Below, one piece after another: positions 51,485-61,571 of a DNA stretch of 64,000 bases. The DNA is taken from positions 1,265,432 to 1,329,431 of the forward strand of contig JAHPZH010000001.1 of assembly GCA_019058315.1 (NCBI GenBank). The letters are read 5' to 3'. The DNA is from Candidatus Helarchaeota archaeon (GTDB lineage: Archaea > Asgardarchaeota > Lokiarchaeia > Helarchaeales > RDOG01). Positions within the stretch are counted from its first letter, which is position 1, and the number at the start of each line of letters is the position of its first letter. Made by a program: the position numbers and the translations under genes. The notes beneath the pieces are model-generated. The model saw only the letters and a list, made by a program, of their open reading frames with translations. It was not told the DNA's origin and searched no databases.

Positions 51485-52570
51485 ATGGTATTTGAATTTT
51501 TACCTAATGTAATTATTATATTAAACATAGGAATTAATTTTATCGAAGTTGCATTAGAATTACAGATATTTATACTTTTTATATCAAATGCCAGAAAAGG
51601 TCTGAGTGAGAAAGGTATTCATGGACCATTGAATATAAGATTCGGTTTATCATCTCTATTTCTTACTTTAGGTCGTATTTCTTTTATTATATGGGATTAT
51701 ATTATTCAAAATTCTTTAGCTCGAATAACTGCTTGGATTTTTACATTTCTTGGTATAATTTTTATAGGGTTTGTTTTCTATCGTGTTTTTGACAAATATT
51801 TACCAAAACTAAAATTATACTTAACATTATCTGTGTTAATAGGAATAGCAATATTTTTCATTTATTTTATTTTTATTTTCTTATTAAAAATGACTTTACT
51901 CATCTATTTTATATTTGCAGTATTAACCGGTCTGCTTGTTTTTCCTTTAATCTATGCTTTTACTAAATGTTTTATAGAAATTGGGAGTGAATTCAGAAAA
52001 TATATTGTTGCTATAATGATTGGATTGTTTGCTTCAGTTACAGGTTATTTGATCGCTTCAATGCATCCGTTTATCAGCGTTGAACATAGTATGATTGTAA
52101 AATTCATAGGGCATATGATATTTGTATCAGGAATTATTTTTTTTGCTGTAGGTTTTTGGAGTCTTCCTTCACTTAAAGAATTGGAATGGAGAGACAAAAT
52201 AAAACATTTATATATAATACTTGAGGGGGGAGTAAATATTTATGACCATTCTTTTATAATCGAAGATACTTTTCAAAGTGATCTGATGGCTGGAGGTATT
52301 TCAGGAATAACTACCTTAATGCAAGAATTAACAAAAAGTAAGGAAAGAGCAGAAGTTATAAGACAGAAAGATGTTCAAATTTTATTTAAATATGGAAAAT
52401 TTATCACTGCAGCATTAATTGCTGTTGAAGATTTGGAAATTCTTCACTTTAAATTAAAAAAGTTAGTAGATGAATTTGAAATATTATTTCAATATATTCT
52501 ACCCAAATGGAAAGGAGATTTAGAAATATTTTCACCAGTCAAAGTAATGGTTGAGAGGATTTTTACATAA
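51485..52570 (+). CDS. 7TM membrane protein fused to a C-terminal longin/roadblock-like domain
   Basis: Seven hydrophobic segments, then ELEWRDKIKHLYIILEGGVNIY...LMAGGISGITTLMQE, matching the C-termini of the TPR-like proteins. Confidence 0.8.
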   Translation: MVFEFLPNVIIILNIGINFIEVALELQIFILFISNARKGLSEKGIHGPLNIRFGLSSLFLTLGRISFIIWDYIIQNSLARITAWIFTFLGIIFIGFVFYRVFDKYLPKLKLYLTLSVLIGIAIFFIYFIFIFLLKMTLLIYFIFAVLTGLLVFPLIYAFTKCFIEIGSEFRKYIVAIMIGLFASVTGYLIASMHPFISVEHSMIVKFIGHMIFVSGIIFFAVGFWSLPSLKELEWRDKIKHLYIILEGGVNIYDHSFIIEDTFQSDLMAGGISGITTLMQELTKSKERAEVIRQKDVQILFKYGKFITAALIAVEDLEILHFKLKKLVDEFEILFQYILPKWKGDLEIFSPVKVMVERIFT

Positions 52571-52709
52571 TTATATACTTTTAAACTTCAAGCGGAGGAA
52601 GCGGTGAAACAATAGTATCTTCACATTTTTCAACTGTGGGATAATTCCATCATTCTGGAGGTATCTGAAATGTCGATGAAATATGATATCGAAACTGGCT
52701 ATGAAGATT

Positions 52710-53486
52710 TCAATCAGGCCATCCAATTCTGCGTTTAAACCAATCTGGCATAGAAAAGCAGATATAATAAATAATTGCAGATACAATATATAAGACTTGG
52801 ATGATTCTAAACTCAGCTGTAACTGATGTAATAAGAACAGGTATAGCGAAAAATAAGATGCCTGTCCCTAACCATATGGATAGGTTACTTTGAGGTCTAT
52901 TTTCTTCCCGAATTTTTACAGCAAAATAATAGAAAACCCCTATTGGAATCACCGCAGTTGTACCAACACTGAGGAAACGAACTACTTGAATTTCAAAAGA
53001 ATAAACTGTTACAAAATTAAGGACATTAGAATACGGAGGGCCTTGAATAACTGCCCAGGATTGAGTTCCTATATAAATTGCTGATATAACTAACAAAATA
53101 GCTAATACAATTTTATATCGTTTTGGAAAAGTCATACGAATTGCAAATAAATTAACACATAAGTATGTAAATTGAGCTGGAAATAGAGTAATTATTGTTA
53201 AAAGTTCGCCTAGTCCAGGTAAACCAAAGGTTGAATAACATAAAGATTGTAAGGTCAAAAGAACATTAGCTGGGATTAGCGAGATCATCCCTAGTAAAAA
53301 TAATAACGTCTCAACAGATTCTCTTTTTTTGTAATTTTTATATAATCTATAAATTATGCCAGCTACTAAAATCCCAGCTGTTAGACTTATTGAGAGCATA
53401 AAAAGTTCAAACAATTGACTAGAAAGAGAGCTCCCAACAATCATATTCGACATATACTGAAGAGAGTATTCCCAAGAAACAGCCAT
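52710..53486 (-). CDS. 7TM membrane protein, paralog 2
   Basis: Shares GLPGLGELLTI, QGPP and MPDWFKRRIGW with 28377-29153. Confidence 0.8.
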   Translation of the reverse strand: MAVSWEYSLQYMSNMIVGSSLSSQLFELFMLSISLTAGILVAGIIYRLYKNYKKRESVETLLFLLGMISLIPANVLLTLQSLCYSTFGLPGLGELLTIITLFPAQFTYLCVNLFAIRMTFPKRYKIVLAILLVISAIYIGTQSWAVIQGPPYSNVLNFVTVYSFEIQVVRFLSVGTTAVIPIGVFYYFAVKIREENRPQSNLSIWLGTGILFFAIPVLITSVTAEFRIIQVLYIVSAIIYYICFSMPDWFKRRIGWPD

Positions 53487-53758
53487 AATTTTTTCCCTCT
53501 GTGTTTTTTAATTTTATTTTAAATGGTAATCCTATAATTCCAAAACTATCCATTACTTTTTACTAACTCATATAAATATTTTTTAGAAATGAAAAAATTG
53601 ATTTTGAGACAAATAAATAGAGATTATAGTTGATTATTGAATAAGGCTGTATATCTATGAAAAATATAAATCTTGAGGGTAAAATCTCACCCATCGTAAC
53701 AGTATATAATAGAAATAGAAACTACATCTAACTATATTTAGATTTTAATGAATGAGAC

Positions 53759-54952
53759 TTAATGTTTTAGATTTAATGGAGGTAAGGGTGGTACTTTATC
53801 ATTCCAGTTCTCTGAAACTGGATAATCCCACCATTCGGGAGGAATTTTTGAATAATCACCATATTTTTTTAGACCTCTTACAAAAGCCCTAATATTTTTT
53901 GATGGTACTTTGATATGCTCCGGCTGGGCATAAAAATAGGCACCAAATCCACCCTTTTTCGTACCAAGGTTTCTCATCATATGCCACACTTCACGTTCAC
54001 ATTCTTCTGGAGTCCCTTGGGTATATATTGATTGGATATTTACACATCCCCAGAACATAATCTTTCCACGAAACGGTTTCAAATCAGTATAACCACTCAT
54101 ACGAGGACTATCAAATTCTAATGCATCTAGCTTCCAATCAATAAAGTGTGGAACTAACTGATCGATTTTTCCACAAGAGTGTAAGTGAAATTCACAACCT
54201 AGATCATGTGCAGCTTCAAATAATGGACGGTAAAGAGGTTCATAGAACTCTTTAAACATTTTTAAGCTCATAAATGGACTATTTTGAGTTCCAAGGTCGT
54301 CAGCTATTATAAAACCATGGGGTTTTCCTCCAAGTTTTACCCACATTTTCATATTTTTTATGAACCAATCTTTTAGATAGTTAAGAAGGTATTTCACTTT
54401 ATCTGGATTAAGAATATGATCGGCCATGAAATTTTCAAATCCTCTAATATAGGTTGCAACTGAAAATGGTGCATGGGGGCCTAATAAGACCATTCGATAT
54501 TTATTTTTTCCAAATTCTTTAGTCATATTTATGAATAAGGAATATCGACTTTTATCTTCAGGATCGGGTGTATAACGTTCTAAATATTCATCCAATTTAT
54601 CCCAATTAGGAAGAGATGGTCTAGCAGGGTGTCCAATAGTTTGCATAGTTCCTTGTTGCCAAATACACCCCCATTCATCTATCTCTTCGTGTGGTAGTTT
54701 CCACCACTCTTTATATTTTGGATCCTTAGCCCATTCTGGAGGATTTTCTTGCCATTTTTTTGTTAATACTGAATAAGAAAAAGAATATGGAAACAATCCT
54801 TTTTCATCTTCGGCAAAACCCGGTCTCCAATTCTTTGATGGCATGGTCACTAGAGGCCATACATCGCTATTAGATTTTCCATAATTCATTATAGGAACTT
54901 TATCTGGACCTGAAAAATTTATAGCGGCTTTAACTCTTTCTAATGAATTCAT
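53759..54952 (-). CDS. MtaA/CmuA/UroD-family protein
   Basis: MNSLERVKAA..PDKVP, DEWGCIW, ADDLGTQ, HLHSCG. Confidence 0.85.
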   Translation of the reverse strand: MNSLERVKAAINFSGPDKVPIMNYGKSNSDVWPLVTMPSKNWRPGFAEDEKGLFPYSFSYSVLTKKWQENPPEWAKDPKYKEWWKLPHEEIDEWGCIWQQGTMQTIGHPARPSLPNWDKLDEYLERYTPDPEDKSRYSLFINMTKEFGKNKYRMVLLGPHAPFSVATYIRGFENFMADHILNPDKVKYLLNYLKDWFIKNMKMWVKLGGKPHGFIIADDLGTQNSPFMSLKMFKEFYEPLYRPLFEAAHDLGCEFHLHSCGKIDQLVPHFIDWKLDALEFDSPRMSGYTDLKPFRGKIMFWGCVNIQSIYTQGTPEECEREVWHMMRNLGTKKGGFGAYFYAQPEHIKVPSKNIRAFVRGLKKYGDYSKIPPEWWDYPVSENWNDKVPPLPPLNLKH

Positions 54953-54985
54953 ACAAATTCCAAATGTTTATTAATTTATTTTAAT

Positions 54986-56182
54986 CTATTCATTTTTTGG
55001 GATTAGAGGAAGTGGTGGGACAATATTATCTTTCCACACTTCAATTGTTGGTTGAACCCACCATTGAGGGGGTATTTTTGAATAATCCCCATATTTTTTA
55101 AGACCTTTTGTAAATGCTCTTACGTTTGCTGGAGGAACGCCAAGTTGTTCTGGCTCTGGATAAATATAGGCACCAAATCCGCCATCCTTGGTTCCAAGAT
55201 TTCGCATCATATGCCAGACTTCTCTTTCACAATCTTCAGGTGTCCCTTTGGGATATATTGTTTGGATATTAATACAACCCCAAAACATAATTTTTCCTCG
55301 GTATGGTTTTAAATCGGTATATCCGCTCATACGTGGGCTATCAAATTCAAAAGCATCTAGCTTCCAGTCTATAAAGTAAGGAAGTAGTTTATCTATTTTA
55401 CCACAGGTATGTTGGTGAAATTCACATCCAAGATCATGAGCAGTTTCATATAAAGTGTGGAATAATGGTTTATACAATTTTTCAAACATTTTTGGTTTAA
55501 TAAATGGACCTTGTTGGGTTCCTAAATCTTCAAATATCAAGAATCCATGGGGTTCACCACCGTATTTAACCCAACATTTCATGTTTTTAACAAACCAATC
55601 CTTAAGATAATTAAAGAGATATTCAAGCTTCTCGGGATGAATTGCATGATCAATCATAAAATTTTCAAAACCTCGCATATTAGACGCGATCCATTGTGGG
55701 GCTAAGGGTCCTAAAAGTGCCATTCTATATTGATTTTTACCAAATTGTTTACTTAATTTTAGAAAAAAAGAATATCGGCTCTTATCCTCGGGATCGGGAG
55801 TATAGCGATCTAAATATTCTTCAAGTTTAGACCAATCAGGTAGTGAAGGTCTTCCAGGGTGCCCCATGGTTTTTATAGTTCCATGTTCCCAAATGCATCC
55901 CCATTCATCTATTTCTTGGTGTGGTTTTTTCCACCAATTTTCATATTTCGGATCTTTTGCCCATTCTGGCATATTTTCATTCCATTTTTTTAAAAATTCA
56001 GGGAATGCATAATTATATGGAAAAAGGCCTTCTTCATCCTTTGCATAACCCGGTTTCCAATCTTCAGAAGGCATAGTAATGAGGGGAAACACATCACTAT
56101 TTGGCATTCCAAAATTCATTATTGGCACTTTATCGGGTCCTTCAAATTTCAATGCAGCTTTTACCCTTTCTATTGAATTCAT
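54986..56182 (-). CDS. MtaA/CmuA/UroD-family protein (tandem duplicate)
   Basis: Near co-linear paralog of 53759-54952; HQHTCG. Confidence 0.85.
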   Translation of the reverse strand: MNSIERVKAALKFEGPDKVPIMNFGMPNSDVFPLITMPSEDWKPGYAKDEEGLFPYNYAFPEFLKKWNENMPEWAKDPKYENWWKKPHQEIDEWGCIWEHGTIKTMGHPGRPSLPDWSKLEEYLDRYTPDPEDKSRYSFFLKLSKQFGKNQYRMALLGPLAPQWIASNMRGFENFMIDHAIHPEKLEYLFNYLKDWFVKNMKCWVKYGGEPHGFLIFEDLGTQQGPFIKPKMFEKLYKPLFHTLYETAHDLGCEFHQHTCGKIDKLLPYFIDWKLDAFEFDSPRMSGYTDLKPYRGKIMFWGCINIQTIYPKGTPEDCEREVWHMMRNLGTKDGGFGAYIYPEPEQLGVPPANVRAFTKGLKKYGDYSKIPPQWWVQPTIEVWKDNIVPPLPLIPKNE

Positions 56183-56206
56183 TCAATCTCCAACCAAGAT
56201 TTATAT

Positions 56207-57667
56207 CTAAATATACCTTTTTTTAACCCAATGGGGATTATCACTAGTATCAAGATACCACCTAAGTAATTGTTCTTTTAAATCTAATTTAATTTTCAAA
56301 AAATTATCTTCATCTATTAAGTTGAATAATTCTTGAGGATCATTTTTTAAATTATATAATTCTTCTTTAGAACCATTTCGAATAACTAGTTTCCATTTAT
56401 TAGTTCTAATCATAGCAGAACGGGTAACAGTAGATCGATCTTCAATAGGAATATTAGTTTTGTCGTAATAAATTCCTGCTAATGGTGTCTCTGGAGATTT
56501 GACAACACCTTCAAAAGCTTGTGGTTCACGTGGATTATAACCACCTTCAGAAAATACTGCTTTTCTATGGATTTCCTCTTCTCCTTTTAATAAAGGAATT
56601 ATTGATTTACCAAAATGAGTATAAGGGGTATTAACCTGAGCAATTTCTAATATTGTTGGAAAGATATCTATTGATTCAACTAATTGATTGAATATTTCAT
56701 TTTTAGGTTTAATATCAGGAATTTTACAAACAAAGGGAATATTAACAAGGCAATCTTGAAAAGCATTTGCCCATTTTTCTGTTAAGCCATAATTACCCGC
56801 ATAATCTCCATGGTCGGCAGTAAAGAATATAGCTGAATTATTAAAAGCTCCTATTTCTCTTAATTTGCTTAGAATTTGTCCAAATTGATAATCAACTCTT
56901 GATACCATCCCATAATAAGTTGCAATTATTTCTCTAAAATCACTTTCACTTAATTTATTCAATCCATACCGTTCATGCATTAAACGCATAAATTCTGGTT
57001 TATCTTCTAATTTTGATGGTATTAGAGCTGGAACTTTGGATCTATCATACATCGAAAAATAAGGCTCTTCAACGTTATACGGCGGATGTGGAAATGCTAA
57101 AGCAATATAAAGGCAAAAAGGGCTATTTGGCTTTGACTTTGAATCAAGATATTCTAATGCTTTTTTAATAACAATAGAATCAAAATCATAAGCTTGTTCT
57201 TCAGAACGTTTTCCATAATAAAATGATTTTCTCAAATGGTGGTCTATAGGATAGGGATTAGTTTTCATTTTAATTTTATATAATTCCTTAAAAATTGAAA
57301 TTCGTTTAGAAAAACTTCCTTTTATTGCATCTCTATTAATTAGATCATTTCTTCCAACCCAGACAACTTCGTAGCCGTTATTTTTCAATAATCTAAATAA
57401 ATTTTCTTCCTCTGGACGTAGTAATTGATATAAGCTCCTATGACCATTTGTGTGAGGATATAATCCAGTAAACATACAACATCTAGATGGACCACAAACG
57501 GGATTTACGGTGAAATATTGAGTAAATGCTGCACCTTCTTTTGTCAAACTATCGATATTCGGAGTTTTTATTACTTTATTATGCGTTCCTCCTAAAGAAA
57601 CAGTGTCGCCCCGCATCTCATCGGCAATAAAGATAACGATATTGGGAAGTTTTTTTATCTCTGCCAT
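56207..57667 (-). CDS. Cys-type sulfatase
   Basis: PNIVIFIADE, CGPSR (CxPxR formylglycine motif), FTADHGD, ELYNLKNDPQE. Confidence 0.92.
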   Translation of the reverse strand: MAEIKKLPNIVIFIADEMRGDTVSLGGTHNKVIKTPNIDSLTKEGAAFTQYFTVNPVCGPSRCCMFTGLYPHTNGHRSLYQLLRPEEENLFRLLKNNGYEVVWVGRNDLINRDAIKGSFSKRISIFKELYKIKMKTNPYPIDHHLRKSFYYGKRSEEQAYDFDSIVIKKALEYLDSKSKPNSPFCLYIALAFPHPPYNVEEPYFSMYDRSKVPALIPSKLEDKPEFMRLMHERYGLNKLSESDFREIIATYYGMVSRVDYQFGQILSKLREIGAFNNSAIFFTADHGDYAGNYGLTEKWANAFQDCLVNIPFVCKIPDIKPKNEIFNQLVESIDIFPTILEIAQVNTPYTHFGKSIIPLLKGEEEIHRKAVFSEGGYNPREPQAFEGVVKSPETPLAGIYYDKTNIPIEDRSTVTRSAMIRTNKWKLVIRNGSKEELYNLKNDPQELFNLIDEDNFLKIKLDLKEQLLRWYLDTSDNPHWVKKRYI

Positions 57668-57766
57668 ATTTTTTCATTAACCAATTGATTAAATAAATTT
57701 ATTTAATAAAGAAAATGAATTAATGAGATAAAAATTTAAAATAAAAAAATAGAAAAATTAAAGATT

Positions 57767-59278
57767 TCAACTTTTCCGGGAAATGATTATAAATGCAATA
57801 AGAATTCCAACGGCTATTAATGATATTATGGCAATCACCCAAGCTACCAAATCAGGTTCAGTAGAACTTATTGGAATTGGTATGGTTTTTTCACTTGGAC
57901 CACTTGGACCACTAGGTGCAGAGTAGGATAAATAAAATACTTCTTCATCCGTTCCCCAATCACCAGTCGCTTGAACAGCAAAGACTATATGTATATTATC
58001 GTTATTGTCTGTGGTTATGCAGGGATCTTCATCGTCATTATCATTCCAATTGGTAAAATCATCTCCAATTACAGTTATTTTGGACATACCTGTTGGATTA
58101 ACCCTTCTATATAAAATTTCGTAATCAGTTCCAAATATATCTTGGTCATCTATCCAGACAACATGTGCATTACCAGCATTATCTACAGTCAACCTAGGGT
58201 ATTCACTGGAATCGGTATTCCATTCAGGAACATAATCTGAAATCACAGTTGCATTAGACCAAACTGTTGTATTATAGTATGCGTATATAATTTCTTCATC
58301 CGTTCCCCACTCACCATCGGTATTGTCAGCCCAAACCACGTGTATATTTCCATTATTATCTGTATCAATGTCAGGGCTGGAACTCGCACCATCATTCCAC
58401 CCATATACATCCGAAATACACGTTGCGTTTGACCAGCCTGCTGAAGTACAATTTGTATACAGTATTTCTGTATCAATACCCCATTCACCATCCGTACCAT
58501 CATTCCAGACCACATGTAAATTTCCGTTATCATCCGTGCAGATTCGAGGGTCTAGACTAGAACCGGTATTCCAATCATTAACCGCTGAAATCGCAGTTGC
58601 ATTGGACCAGATGCCGGCAGTATAATTCGCATACATTATTTCTGCATCACTACCCCATTCACCAACCGTCCAATCCTCCCAGACTACATGTATATATCCA
58701 TTATTATCTATTGCGATCTGGGGGTACCGGCTAATACCATCATTCCACAATGTATAATCGTCTGAAATACAAGTTGCATTCGACCAGCCTGCCGAAGTAT
58801 AATTTGCATACAATATTTCTTGATCATTTCCCCATTCGCCATCAGTATCATCATACCAAACTACATGTATATTTCCATTATTATCAATAGCAATGCTGGG
58901 GCAATAACTTGCTCCAATATTCCATAATGTATAATCGTCTGAAATACAAGTTGCGTTCGACCAAGCTAAACCATTATAGAATGCATAAAATATTTCATCA
59001 TCTGTTCCCCATTCACCATCCGTAGAATCTTTCCAGACCACATGTATATTTCCATTATTATCTGTTATGATTTCGCAATCATAACTACTGCCTATATTCC
59101 AATCATTAACGGCTGAAATCGCTGTAACATCTGACCAATCAGTAGTTTTTAAAACGACTCCGTTGTTATTATAGATTGTTATAGGAACACTGAAAGAAAA
59201 GTTGGTTATTAGAATACTGAATAACGAAAAAGATATTATTGCAGATATTAAAATGGCAAATTTTGAACTTTTTTTCAA
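57767..59278 (-). CDS. Membrane-anchored surface glycoprotein with 7 tandem ~58-aa repeats (predicted beta-propeller)
   Basis: 7x WSNATxIS..WN..DNNGNIHVVWxDxTDGEWGxDxEI; N- and C-terminal hydrophobic helices; Pro/Ser linker. Confidence 0.8.
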   Translation of the reverse strand: MKKSSKFAILISAIISFSLFSILITNFSFSVPITIYNNNGVVLKTTDWSDVTAISAVNDWNIGSSYDCEIITDNNGNIHVVWKDSTDGEWGTDDEIFYAFYNGLAWSNATCISDDYTLWNIGASYCPSIAIDNNGNIHVVWYDDTDGEWGNDQEILYANYTSAGWSNATCISDDYTLWNDGISRYPQIAIDNNGYIHVVWEDWTVGEWGSDAEIMYANYTAGIWSNATAISAVNDWNTGSSLDPRICTDDNGNLHVVWNDGTDGEWGIDTEILYTNCTSAGWSNATCISDVYGWNDGASSSPDIDTDNNGNIHVVWADNTDGEWGTDEEIIYAYYNTTVWSNATVISDYVPEWNTDSSEYPRLTVDNAGNAHVVWIDDQDIFGTDYEILYRRVNPTGMSKITVIGDDFTNWNDNDDEDPCITTDNNDNIHIVFAVQATGDWGTDEEVFYLSYSAPSGPSGPSEKTIPIPISSTEPDLVAWVIAIISLIAVGILIAFIIISRKS

Positions 59279-59450
59279 ATTAAAACTCTCCGTCTCTTTT
59301 ATATTATGATTTTTGTAGATAATTTTAATCTACAATTTTTGACTTTTGTTAGAATTTATTTAAAAAGTCTTTTTCAATTTATTTTTGCTATTTGTTAACT
59401 AATATTTAAAAATTAACTAATATTTAAAAAAATCAAACAATTTATTCTAC

Positions 59451-60098
59451 TTATTTATTTAATTCATTCATACGTTTTTTTACATCTTCTAAAAGTTCTA
59501 TAAGGGGTTTTATATTTGGTTTAATTTCTAATGTCTTTTCTATAAATTCAATAGCTTTCTTATAATCGCCTATTTTATAATACGCTTCCCCTAACGTCCA
59601 CAATCCATAAAGATATCGGGGATCAATTTTAACTGCTTTTTCAGCGTATTCAATTGCCTTTTGATAATTCTCCATTTCAAAATATGTATTTCCAATAAGC
59701 CACCATGCTTTTTTATTATTAGGCGCAATTTCAATCGCTTTTTCCATGCATTTAATCTTTTTTTGTGAGTTTCCTAATCCACCATAGGCTCTTCCCATGT
59801 AAATGAATGCCTCATCAATTCTAATTTCGGAAGAATCCCAAGGTCTTTCATTCCGAATTTCTGGAGGAGCTTCATCATAAATAGCTATCCCTTTTTCATA
59901 ACATTCAATTGCCTTCTCATAATTTTCCATTTGATCATAAACTAAACCAAGATTCAACCAAGGTCTGTGGTTTTCTGGTTCAATTTTAATAAGATTTTCG
60001 AAACATTTAATTGCTTCGTCGTTATTTTCCATCGCTCTATTGAAAAGTCCATCCCTTCTCCATTGGTAAGCATTTTTTCCATCAATTTTTTTTGGCAT
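59451..60098 (-). CDS. Tetratricopeptide repeat protein
   Basis: Canonical TPRs (WLNLGLVYDQMENYEKAIECYEK; AIEIAP; AVKIDP). Confidence 0.9.
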   Translation of the reverse strand: MPKKIDGKNAYQWRRDGLFNRAMENNDEAIKCFENLIKIEPENHRPWLNLGLVYDQMENYEKAIECYEKGIAIYDEAPPEIRNERPWDSSEIRIDEAFIYMGRAYGGLGNSQKKIKCMEKAIEIAPNNKKAWWLIGNTYFEMENYQKAIEYAEKAVKIDPRYLYGLWTLGEAYYKIGDYKKAIEFIEKTLEIKPNIKPLIELLEDVKKRMNELNK

Positions 60099-60173
60099 GA
60101 GAGTATATCACTTTTATGCTTTTTATTCATTAGTATTATATTATTGACTTATTTCCAATTAAGCTGAATAAAA

Positions 60174-61505
60174 ATGGTTTTTTTAGACGAAAAATGCACA
60201 AGATGTGGAACTTGTCTACACAAATGTCCAATTTTAGAATTGGATATAGAGGAAGCAAAGGCAGAAATTGAACGTGCAATCAATTGTAGCAAAGGAGACC
60301 TTTCACAAATTCCGGAAAAAATCATGTCCAAATGTTGTTCATGCTGGTCATGTTATTCGCTATGTCCTCAAGATGCCCATCCTACTGAATTATTTATCAA
60401 ATTATTTCATGATCGTTATATTAGAAATAATGGAATGAACCCATTGATGAGGATGGTCTTATCTGGTCATCCTGAAAATCTCTACAGTCTCCTTCATGAG
60501 AGCAAATATTTTACAAAATCTGAATTAGAAGCAATAAATAATTGGAAACCAGAAAATATCCCCCAAACCAAAGAAATTTTACTAATGGGTTGTGGCAGTG
60601 AATTTGTTCCATATTTATTTGAAAATTCCAAATTGCTTTCTCCTTTTATTGGAAGAATTGGGGGTAAAGATTTTTGCTGTGGTGCGATGGATATTCAAAT
60701 GGGTCTAAAGGAATCCACAGAAAGCATATTAAAAAGAAGTTATAAAAGTCTGAAATGGTTAGGGGTCGAAAAAATCATTACTTGGTGTACAGGTTGTTAT
60801 GGTCAATTTAAAGAGGTTGCATTACAATATGAACCAGGCTTCAAAGATTTTGAAATTCAGCATATCTTAGAATATTTTAAAGAAAAATTTGATAAAGGAG
60901 AATTGATAGTTACCAACCCTTTGAATAATTTAACAGTTACTCTTCATGATCCTTGTTTTTCAAAACTATTAGGTCGTACTGGATTAGACATTCAAGAATT
61001 AGCTCGGGATTTAGTTAAGATTACAGGGGCTAAGATTGTTGAAATGAAACATAATCGAAAGACGGCCATGTGTTGTGGGTTGGCAAGTATTTCAAGTAGT
61101 AATGACATATCATCAGTTCAAACAGTCTATAGAAAGCGAATTAAAGAGGCAGATCAAGCATTGAATTATAATCCAAAAGACCCCGAGACCACGAAAAATA
61201 AAGCATTAATTTTGTATTGTTCAGCTTGTACTGGGACAATGATTACGATGGCTAATATGAGTAAGAAGGATGTTAAAAATGCACCTCCAATGTGGCAACT
61301 TTTTGAATTGATAGAGAAATCAATTGGAGATGAACGAGTTTATTTAGGGGAGAAAAAAAATCTTGATGGTAAATTTCATTATATGAGAGGAGCAAGAATG
61401 AAAGATTTATTAGTTGATGCAATGCAAAGATATGATCCCACAAAATTAGATCGTTTTGACAAAGTAAAAGAATTTATTCCTCCTATCAAAATTAAAACAA
61501 AATAA
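60174..61505 (+). CDS. HdrD/GlpC-like Fe-S oxidoreductase (2x[4Fe-4S] + CCG domains)
   Basis: CTRCGTCLHKCP, CCSCWSCYSLCP, FCCG, WCTGC, HDPC, MCCG, YCSAC. Confidence 0.88.
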   Translation: MVFLDEKCTRCGTCLHKCPILELDIEEAKAEIERAINCSKGDLSQIPEKIMSKCCSCWSCYSLCPQDAHPTELFIKLFHDRYIRNNGMNPLMRMVLSGHPENLYSLLHESKYFTKSELEAINNWKPENIPQTKEILLMGCGSEFVPYLFENSKLLSPFIGRIGGKDFCCGAMDIQMGLKESTESILKRSYKSLKWLGVEKIITWCTGCYGQFKEVALQYEPGFKDFEIQHILEYFKEKFDKGELIVTNPLNNLTVTLHDPCFSKLLGRTGLDIQELARDLVKITGAKIVEMKHNRKTAMCCGLASISSSNDISSVQTVYRKRIKEADQALNYNPKDPETTKNKALILYCSACTGTMITMANMSKKDVKNAPPMWQLFELIEKSIGDERVYLGEKKNLDGKFHYMRGARMKDLLVDAMQRYDPTKLDRFDKVKEFIPPIKIKTK

Positions 61506-61571
61506 AATTATAAGCTGTTGGGCTATTTAAGCTATTGTAGGAACTAATATATGTTTTAATATAAAACTAGA

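Noticed and set aside
51270-52570. Possible diversity-generating retroelement TR/VR pair (also 21824-21992)
   Set aside because: Mismatches are not confined to adenines, many are synonymous, there is an indel, and no reverse transcriptase is present; better explained as pseudogene remnants
52571-52709. Slightly GC-richer intergenic stretch with CTGA and GATGA, a possible C/D sRNA, SECIS or gene fragment
   Set aside because: No complete box C/D arrangement, no convincing stem and no in-frame TGA selenoprotein nearby; unresolved
45247-56182. Four uroporphyrinogen decarboxylases (hemE), or a pyrrolysine methylamine system
   Set aside because: H-x-C motifs and corrinoid-protein context favour the MtaA/CmuA-like branch; no in-frame TAG genes or MttB/MtmB homologs seen
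49621-59278. Periodic DNA repeats as a possible CRISPR array
   Set aside because: They are in-frame coding repeats of about 165-177 bp within surface proteins; no cas genes
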